A stretch of DNA of 44,067 nt from Clostridiaceae bacterium (GCA_012839865.1 DUMO01000070.1:1-44067); one strand, 5' to 3'; counted from the first letter of the stretch, positions 17,705 through 28,245 are shown. Program-made: numbers and translations. Notes: generated by a model not told the origin, from the letters alone.

Positions 17705-18604
17705 TCATGCAACCAGGTCAGGGCCAAGAAGCGCTTTATACTTCTCGTCTTTTGAAAGGTTCTTATTGTATATTCCGACTACTACATCCTTCACCCCCTT
17801 TTCATCCTTATTCCTTCCAATTACTATATAATCAGGCTTAAATCCAATCAACATGCCGTTTTCCTTCCCGATGGAATTGAAAGGAATAAGTCTGAATCTT
17901 TTATACCATTTGGATCCTGCTACAATAGAGGTGACAGAGCCTAAATCGTTTTCTTTCGCTGAAATGAAAATTTCTTTTATTTCTTCCGGCAGTATAGGCG
18001 CAATTGCACTGAATTCCACTATAACCACCGGCATATTGGTCAAAGGATCATGCAGAAAATTTCCGGTGTCCACCAGGGCGGACAAATCAATTACCCGGTT
18101 CTCAAAGGCAATTTTTATAGGTACAAAAAGCTCTTCCCTCACAAATTTATATTGAATGATCTCCCAGAATATCCTGGTAATAATTGCCACTGTAATTATC
18201 GATAAAACAACTATCGACCATTTTGAGCCTGTAAAAACATAAAATACTCCGCTTTTGACAAAACCGCTTGTATTGTTGAAATATATAAAGGCAAATGCCG
18301 CTCCGGCAAATATAAACGTGGATATATAGAAAACCGCAAGTATTTTAAGGAACCTGACAGGTTTTTCGGGAGCAAAGGTTACTGCAATTATCAATAATGA
18401 AAGTATAACCTTTGCAAAAGTTGTATAATATAACCTTATGTCAGGAAACAATACCAGAACAACTACATATAATGCTCCTATAAGGGCTCCTGAAAACAAC
18501 CGGAGGTTGGATGCCCTGCATTTTGAAAACTTTGATGTTAGCAAAAGTATAAAGTAGTTGATAACCAGATTTTCCAGAAAAAGAACATCTAAATAAACCT
18601 CCAA
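17705..18604 (-). CDS. spoIIGA: Pro-SigE processing aspartic protease SpoIIGA
   Basis: EVYLDVLFLENL start, five TM helices, ALVDTGNFLHDPLT, FRLIPFNSIG..NGML; TTG 18604 after a GGGGG RBS. Confidence 0.95.
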   Translation of the reverse strand: MEVYLDVLFLENLVINYFILLLTSKFSKCRASNLRLFSGALIGALYVVVLVLFPDIRLYYTTFAKVILSLLIIAVTFAPEKPVRFLKILAVFYISTFIFAGAAFAFIYFNNTSGFVKSGVFYVFTGSKWSIVVLSIITVAIITRIFWEIIQYKFVREELFVPIKIAFENRVIDLSALVDTGNFLHDPLTNMPVVIVEFSAIAPILPEEIKEIFISAKENDLGSVTSIVAGSKWYKRFRLIPFNSIGKENGMLIGFKPDYIVIGRNKDEKGVKDVVVGIYNKNLSKDEKYKALLGPDLVA

Positions 18605-18673
18605 AACAATCCCCCGCAATAAAAGGCACTTCCTCAACATTACATATATTCATATGCATGCATGTTTATGTTT

Positions 18674-18707
18674 ATTATAAAGCATGTCACCTGAAAAATT
18701 TGTCAAA
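18674..18707 (-). promoter_or_regulatory. Spo0A-dependent spoIIG-type promoter
   Basis: TTGACA and TATAAT about 20-21 nt apart; TGTCAAA (0A-like) on the opposite strand overlaps the -35 element. Confidence 0.6.
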
Positions 18708-18778
18708 CCAAAAGAGTTGAAAATAAAAGATTCTGACAAAAAACATGTTGTTGATAAATAATAAATGAAATGTATATT

Positions 18779-19999
18779 CTACAATATTTCATGCAGCCTT
18801 GCAGAAGTAGTTACAATAGCTTTGCTTTTCAATTCATTATATAAAGTAAGGGCTTTGCCTTCGGTGTAATCCCGGATTTCCGGCGGTTCATCCTCTATTA
18901 TGACAAGCCTTTTTGCATTGAGGGCTGCTTCAAGGTTTTTAATATTGCTGTTTCCAAAGGGCATATTGGATATTATGGTAAATTCACTTTCTTTGATTAA
19001 TGCGACATTACTTTGGTATATTTCTTCTGATATTTCACAGAAGGGATCGCATTTTATGCATTTTATCCCAAAAACTTCGGCAAATCTCAAATCACTGTCA
19101 CCGCTCCACAAAACGCCCGATGATATTGTATAACCCCTTTCAAACAAATAACGCATTACTCCCGATGCAGAACCGCCACCACCTATTACATGCACCGTAC
19201 CCTTTTTTTCACCATTTCTTTTGCTGATATAAAAATCCATTTGCCCGGTAATACTGTTCCTATATATAATGGCATTGACCCCGTAAGCCGATTTCAGGTT
19301 TTCCGCCGTAAGCACCTCTGCTGGCTTTCCATCAGCCAGTATTATGCCATCCTTCATGAGTATCAGCCGGTTGCAGTACCTTGCGGCAATTTTCAGGTCA
19401 TGAACTGCTGCAATTACTGTTTTTCCATTGCCGGAAAGTTCCCGGGCATAATCGAATATCTGCTCCTGATATGCAATGTCAAGGCTTGCTGTCGGCTCAT
19501 CCAGCAAAATTATTCCGGTTTCCTGGGTCAGGGTTTTTGCAAACAAAACCCTCTGTCTTTCACCGCCCGAAACATTGGTTATCTTTCTTTCGGAAAGCTC
19601 CAGTGTTTCAGTCAGTTTCATATACCTTCTTGCTATTTCATAATCTTCCAGGCTTTCACCCTTCAGTCTTCCGTTGTGGGGGTACCTGCCCATTAAGACA
19701 ACATCAATAACCTGAAATGGAAATGTAATTAAAGTATCCTGATGCATTAGGGATATTTCCCTTGCTATTTTTCTTCCGTCAAGTTTTGAAATCTCACAGC
19801 CTTTAACTTTAATGGAGCCCTCTGCTTTGTTTATTCCGTTTATACACTTTAAAAGGGTCGATTTGCCTGCGCCATTTGGACCTATCAAGCCGATGAATTC
19901 GCCCTTTTCAACCTTCAAGTCAATATTCTTCAGTATTTTCCTCTCATCTATGGAAAAGGACAAACCTTTTATTTCAAGAACCATTCTTTCACCCATCAA
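18779..19999 (-). CDS. btuD: Cobalamin ABC transporter ATP-binding subunit with a C-terminal extension
   Basis: Walker A GPNGAGKST, signature VSGGERQRV, LLDEPT, HDL; about 150 extra C-terminal residues; lies under a cobalamin riboswitch. Confidence 0.85.
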   Translation of the reverse strand: MMGERMVLEIKGLSFSIDERKILKNIDLKVEKGEFIGLIGPNGAGKSTLLKCINGINKAEGSIKVKGCEISKLDGRKIAREISLMHQDTLITFPFQVIDVVLMGRYPHNGRLKGESLEDYEIARRYMKLTETLELSERKITNVSGGERQRVLFAKTLTQETGIILLDEPTASLDIAYQEQIFDYARELSGNGKTVIAAVHDLKIAARYCNRLILMKDGIILADGKPAEVLTAENLKSAYGVNAIIYRNSITGQMDFYISKRNGEKKGTVHVIGGGGSASGVMRYLFERGYTISSGVLWSGDSDLRFAEVFGIKCIKCDPFCEISEEIYQSNVALIKESEFTIISNMPFGNSNIKNLEAALNAKRLVIIEDEPPEIRDYTEGKALTLYNELKSKAIVTTSARLHEIL

Positions 20000-21075
20000 A
20001 GCAGATTGCCCCCTTTTCGCGCCATAATCAGAAGATAAAGAAAATAGGGGGCTCCCACAAGGGAAGTTATGATTCCTGCATTTACCTCAACAGGGAACAT
20101 TACCCTTCCAATAATATCGCAAAGAATAAGGAATACTGATCCCCCGAAAAAACTTGCGGGTAAAAGAACCCTGTGATCCGGTCCCAGTATAAGCCGCATT
20201 ATATGGGGTACAATCAACCCTACAAAACTGATGTTGCCGCCTACACTGATGGCTGAAGCCGTTGCAGCGGATGCAAGAAAAAGAAGCCCTCTTCTTGCTT
20301 TTACAGGGTCGAGGCCAAGGGATTGGGCTTCTTCCTCCCCAAGAAGCAAAATATTCAGGTCCTTGCTGAAGAACATCATTATCAGAACACATATAATAAC
20401 CGGTAAAGCTATCAGCTTTACATGTTCCCATCTTCTGTCATTCAATCCCCCAATGGACCAAAAAAGGAACTCCTTGATTTGATTCTGCTGATGAAGGGAC
20501 ATCAATATCATTGAAGTAACGGATGAAATGAATGTACCCACCGCTATGCCAGCCAATACAAGCGTCAGAACAGGAACCTTTTTATCCCGGGCTGCCAGAA
20601 GGTATATGACCAGAGCGGTAATTGCGGCGCCAAAAGCAGCCAGTACCGGCATAAAGTAAAGGCTTTTCACCGTTAATCCCAGGGCAACGGCAGTTACCGC
20701 ACCAAGGCTTGCACCACTTGACACGCCTATAAGCCCAGGGTCTGCCATGGGATTTCTGAACATCCCCTGCATGGCGGTACCTGAAGCAGCCAATGCACCT
20801 CCCACTAAAACTGCTGTTATTACCCTTGGGAATCTTACATTGAAAATAATGGCTTCGTGCCCGTAACTAAACTCAATGTTTTTCAATAATCCCCACTTTT
20901 TAAGAATTATTCTTACAGTATCGGAAAAAGGTATATACACGTCCCCCACCGCTGTTGCAACTACAACGGAAGCTGCGAGCAGCAAAAGCATTACCGGCAG
21001 TATGCTCATCAATTTTTTACCTTGGGTCTCGGCATTACGATTATTTTTTTCTGCTGAGGAAAGATTCCTGTTCAT
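19996..21075 (-). CDS. btuC: Cobalamin ABC transporter permease (FecCD/BtuC family)
   Basis: RFPRV, MQGMFRNPMADPGLIGVSSGA, ISFVGLIVPH motifs. Confidence 0.88.
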   Translation of the reverse strand: MNRNLSSAEKNNRNAETQGKKLMSILPVMLLLLAASVVVATAVGDVYIPFSDTVRIILKKWGLLKNIEFSYGHEAIIFNVRFPRVITAVLVGGALAASGTAMQGMFRNPMADPGLIGVSSGASLGAVTAVALGLTVKSLYFMPVLAAFGAAITALVIYLLAARDKKVPVLTLVLAGIAVGTFISSVTSMILMSLHQQNQIKEFLFWSIGGLNDRRWEHVKLIALPVIICVLIMMFFSKDLNILLLGEEEAQSLGLDPVKARRGLLFLASAATASAISVGGNISFVGLIVPHIMRLILGPDHRVLLPASFFGGSVFLILCDIIGRVMFPVEVNAGIITSLVGAPYFLYLLIMARKGGNLL

Positions 21076-21150
21076 AATTCAAACCACCCTGATTGGCAAA
21101 TTTTATGGTAAAGGTCAGGATAAGCAGCAAGCTGTATTTCTTCCCGGTCC

Positions 21151-22200
21151 TTACTCGAATAGTTCCGGATAGGCAGCTTTGGCTGCATCCTCTATCCCAA
21201 GAACCATGTACTGGGATGTGCTGGTCATGTGTTTGTCTTCCAGAATATAAACCCTGCCGTTCTTGATGGCACTGACATCTTTAAGGCTTGCGTCACTTAA
21301 AAAGCTCTTCCTGAATTCCTCCGGATCATATGCATTGTCATAGGACCAGGCCGGTAAGAAAATGATATCCGGATTCCACATGATTATATTCTCTTTTGAA
21401 ACCTGGGGCCACCCCTCAAGACCTGCCTCGGTAGCGACATTTATCAGTCCAGCCCGCCTTACGATATCATCGGAGGATGTTCCCTTTGCATATGTGCACC
21501 AAAAGGCATCGCAAACAAGAACTCTCTTTTTGTCGCTTTCCTTTATCGACCCTACTTTATCTTCGACAGCTTTCAGCTTCTCATCCATCCAGGCAATTAC
21601 TTCCATGCCTTTTTCAACTTCACCAACTACTACAGACACTTCTCTTATAATGCTCTTTACCTGTTCAATATCATTGGCTGTACCCATTGTATATACTGTA
21701 ATGTTTGCATCCCTTAACTGCTGTATAAAAGCCTTGTCCGTCCAGGTTGGCACTATTACCAGATCCGGAGCAAGAGCTATGGTTTTTTCTGTATCAGACT
21801 GGGTGAGGGTTGTCGGAATTGCTCCGGCCTTGTCCGCAACATTTGATATCACATTGTCCTTGGCCAAATGTGTAATGGCGACAATACTTTCGGTATCCAC
21901 CAGTGAAAATAGCATTTCATCACTTACCAGTGAAATGGAAGCAATTCTTTGGGGTTTTTCCTTTATAGTCATTTCGGTGCCGTTGGCATCGGTTATGACC
22001 AATGGGAAATTGCCGTCCTTGCTGTTATCTTCCAATTCACCGTTCTTACCATTGTTATTGCCATCTTGCCCCTGAGCTGCTGTGGATGTACCGGTTTGTC
22101 CCTGCTTCTGTATATCTGAAACGCCGGATTTCCTGCATCCTGTTAAAATACCGGCTGCTGCGATTAAAATTATCATCATCACTGCAATATGCTTTTTCAT
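21151..22200 (-). CDS. btuF: Cobalamin ABC transporter substrate-binding lipoprotein
   Basis: Lipobox LTGC; KPQRIAS, PDLVI, AIKNGRVY motifs of periplasmic binding protein type 2; AGGAGG RBS. Confidence 0.88.
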   Translation of the reverse strand: MKKHIAVMMIILIAAAGILTGCRKSGVSDIQKQGQTGTSTAAQGQDGNNNGKNGELEDNSKDGNFPLVITDANGTEMTIKEKPQRIASISLVSDEMLFSLVDTESIVAITHLAKDNVISNVADKAGAIPTTLTQSDTEKTIALAPDLVIVPTWTDKAFIQQLRDANITVYTMGTANDIEQVKSIIREVSVVVGEVEKGMEVIAWMDEKLKAVEDKVGSIKESDKKRVLVCDAFWCTYAKGTSSDDIVRRAGLINVATEAGLEGWPQVSKENIIMWNPDIIFLPAWSYDNAYDPEEFRKSFLSDASLKDVSAIKNGRVYILEDKHMTSTSQYMVLGIEDAAKAAYPELFE

Positions 22201-22407
22201 ATGTTTTTTCCTCCTGATTTTAAACAGTATGTTACCAAATAATTCTTCCCATTAGTTGTTTGACGCAGTCATTTGTATATTGATTATTAAATAGACTGTG
22301 GCGGATTTTTAAACATTTATCTTGAAATTTTTCATCATTGATAAATCGGATATATTATAAGCCTTAAAAATCCACGTTCCGATTCTAATATCAAGTTTCG
22401 CCCATAC

Positions 22408-22449
22408 AAAATAAAAACCTCTTAACCCGTACAATACATAGTCAAGAGG
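22408..22449 (-). terminator. Riboswitch expression-platform terminator
   Basis: CCTCTTGAC...GTTAAGAGG stem followed by TTTTTATTTT, between the aptamer and btuF. Confidence 0.7.
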
Positions 22450-22517
22450 AATCTTCCATGGAAGCAAGATTGAACACCTGCAACACCCCCTATCGTCCGT
22501 AGAGTTATTGTGCTTAA

Positions 22518-22695
22518 GATAAAGGCAGGTCTTCTGGCTCTAGCCTCATCACCCTTCTTCCCTTCCCGGATTACTGATCCAGTGGCTTTCAAGAAGGACT
22601 CTTCTATTACAGCGGCGGGACCGCGCAGGATTTGCACCTGCTTCCCTATTATTCAGCCGGAATGCACCCGGCATCAACCTCTATCCTTCATTATT
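22518..22695 (-). ncRNA. Cobalamin (AdoCbl) riboswitch aptamer
   Basis: Conserved blocks AGGGAAGCAGGTGCAAATCCTGCGCGGTCCCGCCGCTGT, GCCACTGG...GGGAAGG and B12-box AGCCAGAAGACCTGCC; 5' boundary approximate. Confidence 0.93.
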
Positions 22696-22720
22696 AAGTT
22701 TTACATAACTTCTATTTAAT

Positions 22721-22749
22721 ATAATAACTCATCAACCTGCATTTTGCAA
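22721..22749 (-). promoter_or_regulatory. SigA-type promoter of the riboswitch-btuFCD transcript
   Basis: TTGCAA-17 nt-TATTAT directly upstream of the aptamer. Confidence 0.65.
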
Positions 22750-22927
22750 CAGCTGCCCTTTACCCGGGCGGTGTCAGCTTGCTGCAGGTTAAAACCCAAT
22801 TGCAAGCTAACTGGAATAAGTAACTGCTTTATCTATATTTTCAGTATTTTCAGTAAACCATGACAGTCCGCTGACAAGCTTTATCAAAATAATAAAATAA
22901 AAATTTTGATTATTCAGATGTATAAAT

Positions 22928-23725
22928 TTATATATACTTTGCAATAACAACCCGAATGCGGCCTTTTCCTGTTCTGCCGCCAACCTGCTGTAAAATGGCC
23001 TTCCCCAAACCTCTGACTGAAATACAGTCACCTTCGTTTACCTGTTTATCACTTTTATTGCACTCAAGATGATTTAAGGAAACCTTTCCGGCTTTTATTG
23101 CTTCAGCAGCCTTTTCACGGCTGATTGAAAAACCAGATGAAACTATGCAGTCAAGCCGCAGGGAAGATACCGTATCGTTCATTATTTTAAATTTTGCTTC
23201 AGGTGCATGAATTTGGTTGAGAGGTATAACCGACACTTCAAGTTTTGCTCTTCCCGCGGAACTGAAATTAGTTTCAAGGTAGGTTAATACTTCCTTCATA
23301 ACAATAATGTCGCAGCTTTCACCGTCAACCAAAATGTCTCCAATCATTTCTCTTTTTAGTCCCGTTCCCAGGATACCGCCAAGAATATCCCTGTGGGTAA
23401 GGGAGTTTGCAAGTGGATATTTTGCACGTATGCATGCAAGCGGATTTATATCATTACCGGTTATATCTTCCGGTCTGATATAATCCGGCAGAAATATCAA
23501 AACTGTACGTTGTGCTCCTTTATATCCCCCATAAAAAACATGGGCAGGATTCCCGCATTCTTTTATCAGCAATTCTGCTGCAGCCCTTTGGTGTTCGTTA
23601 AGAAACTGGGTCATCGTAAGAACATTTTTCTGCTGTGCCTTGTTCATTTTATCAATAACCTGCACCAATATGAGTTTAACTTCCGGGTTCGAGGTATATT
23701 TATCTGCAATTTCATTCTTGAACAT
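22928..23725 (-). CDS. ylmH: YlmH family S4-domain RNA-binding protein
   Basis: FYGGYKGAQR, HRDILGGILGTGLKREMIGDI, SSLRLDCIVS, ISVRGLGK. Confidence 0.9.
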   Translation of the reverse strand: MFKNEIADKYTSNPEVKLILVQVIDKMNKAQQKNVLTMTQFLNEHQRAAAELLIKECGNPAHVFYGGYKGAQRTVLIFLPDYIRPEDITGNDINPLACIRAKYPLANSLTHRDILGGILGTGLKREMIGDILVDGESCDIIVMKEVLTYLETNFSSAGRAKLEVSVIPLNQIHAPEAKFKIMNDTVSSLRLDCIVSSGFSISREKAAEAIKAGKVSLNHLECNKSDKQVNEGDCISVRGLGKAILQQVGGRTGKGRIRVVIAKYI

Positions 23726-23774
23726 GTATGAATTCCTTTATACCACTGTATTTTTCTCTTGCCGGTGCGGCAAC

Positions 23775-25379
23775 CTACTTCTCTGTCCGGGCAACATCCA
23801 GAGTCTTGGTATTCCGGGACAACTTTTTCAGTTTGTCAACAGTAAACCCCAGAATCATTTTCGCTTCATCAACCCGCATCAGCAGCGTTAAAACATAATA
23901 TACCAATGCCCCCAGGACTACCACGGCAAAAAGGTACACAAGCTGCACCGGTTTTGAATACATACCGGTAGGTATAATGCTGTTAATAACATTTAACAAC
24001 AATCCCATTGCAACAGAAGCCGGCGTTGCTTTCAGCATGAAACCTGCCATGCGTTCAAGATATATTCCATTCAGCTTTATATCCAGAAGGACTAAAAGCA
24101 GTATTGCGCAGAAAGTGCTTGATAAAGCATATGACAATGCCATCCCGGAAACATTGAGAGGGGAATTATTGAGAAAAAAGACATTAAGCCCATAGTTTAC
24201 AAATATGGTTGCCGCTCCTATGTAAAGAGGGGTCTTTGTATCATTCACCGCATAAAATGCCCTGTTCAGTATTGTTACCATTGACTGTGTTATGAGGGCT
24301 ATGGAAAAAAACATAAGTGCGCTGGCGGAAACAGCAATATCCTTGTCACCAAGCTGTTCGGTAAACTGAAATATTGTGCGCACTATTGGCTCCCGTAATA
24401 CAATAATCCCAACAGCCGAAGGCAAAGCCAAAAATAAAACCGTCCTTATGCCTCTGGCCAAAGTCTCCTTGTAATAATCAATTTCCTTGACGGCATACTT
24501 GGCTGCAAGGGTCGGCAAAAGTGCAATGCCTATTCCCTGGGCAAAAATTCCATATGGCATCTGCCAGGTCCTGTCAGCCATGTTGAAAGCTACAACACTA
24601 CCCTCTGAAAAAGCTGTGGTAAAGGCAGCTGATATTATAACATTTATCTGGGAAATAGATGAAGATATCAGGGATGGTATGGCCAGAGAAAAAAGTTTCC
24701 TGAATCCCGGATGGTTGAGATACAGCTTGAACCTGAAATACTTCAGGTTTTTCAATGCAAAGCTCAACTGAAACAGAAAATATATCAAAGAACTGAACAT
24801 AACGCCATACGCAACGGTTTCCACTCCAAATTTGCTCAAAAGCAAAATACTCAGGGCACTGCCAACGTTATAAATTGAAGGTCCATAAGCCGCAGCTGCA
24901 AACCTGTGATAGGAATTCAGTATCCCGTTGGTTATACCCGCAAGCATTAAAAACGCCACCGAGGGAAACAAAATTCTGCTGAGCTCTATCGTAAGGTCAG
25001 ATGCTTCCTCTCCAAATCCCCATGCCATAAATGGCACAATTTTATCTGCAAAAACAATACCGGTAAGACATGCAACCGACATGACAATAAATACAATATT
25101 GATAAAAGTCCCGGCGGCCTTCCAGCCCTCTTCTTCCCTTCCCTTTTCTATATAACCCGACAATATTGGAATCAGTGCTGCTGCAATAGCTCCGCCCACA
25201 ACCATGTCATACATCAGGCCGGTTATCCTGAAAGCCATGTTATAGGCATCACCTATTTTGTTTGCACCTAATATATTTGGAACCAGGACTTCTCTTAAGA
25301 AACCTGTCAACCGGCTCACAACAATTGAAGACATAACTATTGCCGCTGCACCGGCAACTCTTGTCTTTGGTTTTTCCAA
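23775..25379 (-). CDS. murJ: Lipid II flippase MurJ (MviN)
   Basis: SRLTGFLRE, GGAIAAALIP, 14 predicted TM helices, RAFYAVNDTKTP; TTG start after AAGGAGG. Confidence 0.93.
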   Translation of the reverse strand: MEKPKTRVAGAAAIVMSSIVVSRLTGFLREVLVPNILGANKIGDAYNMAFRITGLMYDMVVGGAIAAALIPILSGYIEKGREEEGWKAAGTFINIVFIVMSVACLTGIVFADKIVPFMAWGFGEEASDLTIELSRILFPSVAFLMLAGITNGILNSYHRFAAAAYGPSIYNVGSALSILLLSKFGVETVAYGVMFSSLIYFLFQLSFALKNLKYFRFKLYLNHPGFRKLFSLAIPSLISSSISQINVIISAAFTTAFSEGSVVAFNMADRTWQMPYGIFAQGIGIALLPTLAAKYAVKEIDYYKETLARGIRTVLFLALPSAVGIIVLREPIVRTIFQFTEQLGDKDIAVSASALMFFSIALITQSMVTILNRAFYAVNDTKTPLYIGAATIFVNYGLNVFFLNNSPLNVSGMALSYALSSTFCAILLLVLLDIKLNGIYLERMAGFMLKATPASVAMGLLLNVINSIIPTGMYSKPVQLVYLFAVVVLGALVYYVLTLLMRVDEAKMILGFTVDKLKKLSRNTKTLDVARTEK

Positions 25380-25540
25380 TTTGTTTATCCTCCTTAAGTT
25401 TTCAACAAGTCCGTTGCATACATTATATCATTATAATAATGTATGACGTAACTTCCGGTGAAAAAGGTTGCAGCAGGATTTTTAACTCTGCAGCAATATT
25501 TGGGGATGAAGATGGCATCATCGATAAGTTCAAGAAAACG

Positions 25541-26776
25541 TCAGCGGTCCATTGCATATCTTCTTATCATGTCAAGGGCATGCAGGCAGGCTACTCTTTG
25601 AACCCGGTTCCTGTCGCCCCGGATTCTCAATTCCCTGCAATCAGTATTGCCAGGCGTCGCCAAACCAACGTAAACAAGGCCGACAGGCTTTTCTGCTGTT
25701 GCACCGCCGGGGCCGGCTATCCCTGTTATTGAAACTCCAAGTTCGGTTTCTGCTTTTTCACGGATTCCGACAGCCATCTCCAGAGCAGTCTGTCTGCTTA
25801 CTGCACCATACCTTTCTATTGTTTCCAGCTTTACATAAAGTTCATCAATTTTTGATCTGTTGCTGTAGGTAACAACCGCCCGCTCAAATACCTGGGATAT
25901 GCCAGGCATGGAGGTTAATAGTGCTGAAAGGTTCCCTCCGCTGCAGGATTCTGCCAATGCCAGGGTTATACCTTTTTTCATCAGGAGGTTTGCCACTACT
26001 TCCTCCATGGTTTCATCCTCAACCGTAAAGACCGCCTGGCCGAGCCTCTCCTTTATGCTTTCTATCACAGGAGACAAACGGGCTTCAGGAATTTCATCAT
26101 TATCACACCTTAATGAAACACGCAATGTAACAATATCACTTCCTGCATAAGGTGCAATAGTCGGATTTGACTGCCGGTCAATAAGGTCGATAATGGCCTT
26201 TTCAACTGATGACTCTCCTATCCCGAAAACCTTGACATATTTTGAGACAATTCTGCAATTGGTCCTGCTGTAAAAGTAAGGTATCACATATTTCTCAAAC
26301 ATTGGTTTCATTTCTGACGGAGGACCCGGAAGCATGAAAACAACCTTTCCATTATCCTCAATATAACAGCCGGGGGCAGTTCCCTCGGAGTTTTCCATAA
26401 TGACTGAGTTTTCCGGAAAATAAGCCTGCTTTAAGTTGCTTTCCACCATCGGCCTGTTCATGTTCTTAAAATAAGTTTTTATTTTATTTAAGCAATTTTC
26501 ATTTACTATCAGTTTCCTACCGAATATTTCCGAGACGGTTTCTTTTGTCAAATCATCACGGGTTGGACCCAATCCACCGGTAATGATTATGGCATCTGAA
26601 CGCTTAAGGGCCAGCGTCAGGCATTCTTTGATCCTGTTCGGATTATCTCCCACAACGCTGTGAAAATATACATTGACTCCGGTATCATTTAATCTTCTGG
26701 AAATATACTGAGCATTGGTATTGGAAATTTGACCCATCAACAATTCGGTCCCAACAGCCAGGATTTCAGCTATCAT
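25541..26776 (-). CDS. cinA: Competence/damage-inducible protein CinA (MoCF-binding plus PncC domains)
   Basis: AEILAVGTELLMGQISNTNAQY, GGLGPTRDD, LPGPPSEM, AESCSGG, SITGIAGPGG. Confidence 0.96.
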   Translation of the reverse strand: MIAEILAVGTELLMGQISNTNAQYISRRLNDTGVNVYFHSVVGDNPNRIKECLTLALKRSDAIIITGGLGPTRDDLTKETVSEIFGRKLIVNENCLNKIKTYFKNMNRPMVESNLKQAYFPENSVIMENSEGTAPGCYIEDNGKVVFMLPGPPSEMKPMFEKYVIPYFYSRTNCRIVSKYVKVFGIGESSVEKAIIDLIDRQSNPTIAPYAGSDIVTLRVSLRCDNDEIPEARLSPVIESIKERLGQAVFTVEDETMEEVVANLLMKKGITLALAESCSGGNLSALLTSMPGISQVFERAVVTYSNRSKIDELYVKLETIERYGAVSRQTALEMAVGIREKAETELGVSITGIAGPGGATAEKPVGLVYVGLATPGNTDCRELRIRGDRNRVQRVACLHALDMIRRYAMDR

Positions 26777-26829
26777 AAAAAATTACATCTCCTTGTTTTT
26801 GAATGAATGCTTTATGAGAAGATAGAACT

Positions 26830-26859
26830 ATTATAACAGTTTTCATTAAATATAATCAA
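26830..26859 (-). promoter_or_regulatory. SigA-type promoter for cinA
   Basis: TTGATT-18 nt-TATAAT with TG extension. Confidence 0.55.
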
Positions 26860-27093
26860 ACTCCAATTGGAACAGGTTTAGACTCCGTCAGTTAATCACA
26901 AACAACCATCAGCCCGGCTTTACTTCTTATAGACAATGGTCCGGTTTTTCCCGCTGTTTTTAAAGGACCGGTTAAATACAATTGTGAATAAACCTGTTGC
27001 AGACATGTCCCTTTGACAGCATATGCACAGCGGCACCTACCGTAATTGTTCAAATATAACCAAAAATTTAACATAAATTTTACTAATCCTTGA

Positions 27094-27121
27094 TTGAAAT
27101 TTCCTTCTTTTGGTCTATAAT
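27094..27121 (+). promoter_or_regulatory. SigA-type promoter for the MoxR operon
   Basis: TTGAAA-16 nt-TATAAT. Confidence 0.55.
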
Positions 27122-27303
27122 AAATATTAAAGACATACCAAAAATTACATTAATTTTTTGTACAAGCCTTCAGACTCCGGTACCTTACAATAGGAAAATA
27201 TCTATAAACAAGGCTTTGACAGGCAGTTTTCCGGTCAGGTGATAAATTTTCCCTGGCTGCTTGCCTAAGTGAAACAATCCAACTTCTGACGGGGTGATGT
27301 AAG

Positions 27304-28245
27304 ATGCAAGATTCGGTAAAAATCCTCAAATCAATTTTGTACAATGTAGAAAAGGTTATTGTCGGAAAAAGACATGCAATTGAACTGGTTATAATAGCTC
27401 TTATATGCGATGGACATGTCCTTATAGAAGATGTTCCCGGGGTGGGAAAAACAAGCCTTGTATCAGCGCTGGCAAAGTCCATTAATGCCAGCTTTTCACG
27501 CATACAGTTTACACCGGACATTCTTCCCTCCGATATAAGCGGCTTTTCAGTCTATAACCAGAAAACAGGAGAATTTGAATTCCGTCCGGGTGCAATTATG
27601 AGCCAGTTGATTCTTGCAGACGAGATTAACAGGACCTCCCCCAAAACCCAGTCCAGCCTTCTTGAGGCAATGGAAGAAAAACAGGTTACGGTGGATGGTA
27701 TAACTTACAAATTACCTCGGCCTTTCATGGTTCTGGCTACCCAAAACCCAGTAGAGTATCTTGGTACGTATCCTCTTCCAGAGGCACAGCTTGACAGGTT
27801 CTTTTTGAAAATAACACTGGGTTATCCAAGGTCAAACGATGAAAGCTTCATACTCAAACGTTTTCTGCTTGAAAGCCCCCTTGATACTCTTGAGCCTGTT
27901 GCAGACAGCCAGGATATATTGGATATTCAGAAGGAAGTCAGGAAAGTTCATGTGGATTCCAGTTTGTATGACTACATAGTTGAAATTGCCAGCGAGACAA
28001 GGAAGCATTCAGATATTGTTCTGGGGGCGAGTCCAAGGGGTTCCCTTTACCTTTTGCGTGCAGCCCAGGGATGGGCCTTTTATAACGGACGGGATTATGT
28101 AATCCCTGATGATATCAAGCGCATGGCAGCTCCTGTTCTTGCACACAGAATTATTCTCAAACAGGAGGCGAGTCTGAAGAAGACAACATCTGAGGATATT
28201 CTTGAATCAATTATGTACGAGACTGATGTTCCTGTGGTGTCCTGA
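27304..28245 (+). CDS. MoxR family AAA+ ATPase
   Basis: GHVLIEDVPGVGKT, RIQFTPDILPSDI, LADEINRTSPKTQSSLLEAM, ATQNPVE, LPEAQLDRF. Confidence 0.95.
   Translation: MQDSVKILKSILYNVEKVIVGKRHAIELVIIALICDGHVLIEDVPGVGKTSLVSALAKSINASFSRIQFTPDILPSDISGFSVYNQKTGEFEFRPGAIMSQLILADEINRTSPKTQSSLLEAMEEKQVTVDGITYKLPRPFMVLATQNPVEYLGTYPLPEAQLDRFFLKITLGYPRSNDESFILKRFLLESPLDTLEPVADSQDILDIQKEVRKVHVDSSLYDYIVEIASETRKHSDIVLGASPRGSLYLLRAAQGWAFYNGRDYVIPDDIKRMAAPVLAHRIILKQEASLKKTTSEDILESIMYETDVPVVS

Noticed and set aside
17545..17727. 60-aa ORF in the spoIIGA-sigE spacer
   Set aside because: TTG start inside spoIIGA, no RBS, no recognisable features
22422..22719. ORFs 22422..22637 (-) and 22510..22719 (+)
   Set aside because: They overlap the cobalamin riboswitch, which explains the sequence
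26892..27074. 60-aa ORF in the cinA-moxR divergent region, considered as a possible murA 3' remnant
   Set aside because: No RBS and no MurA-like motif (IGxRP, GATEN) in its translation
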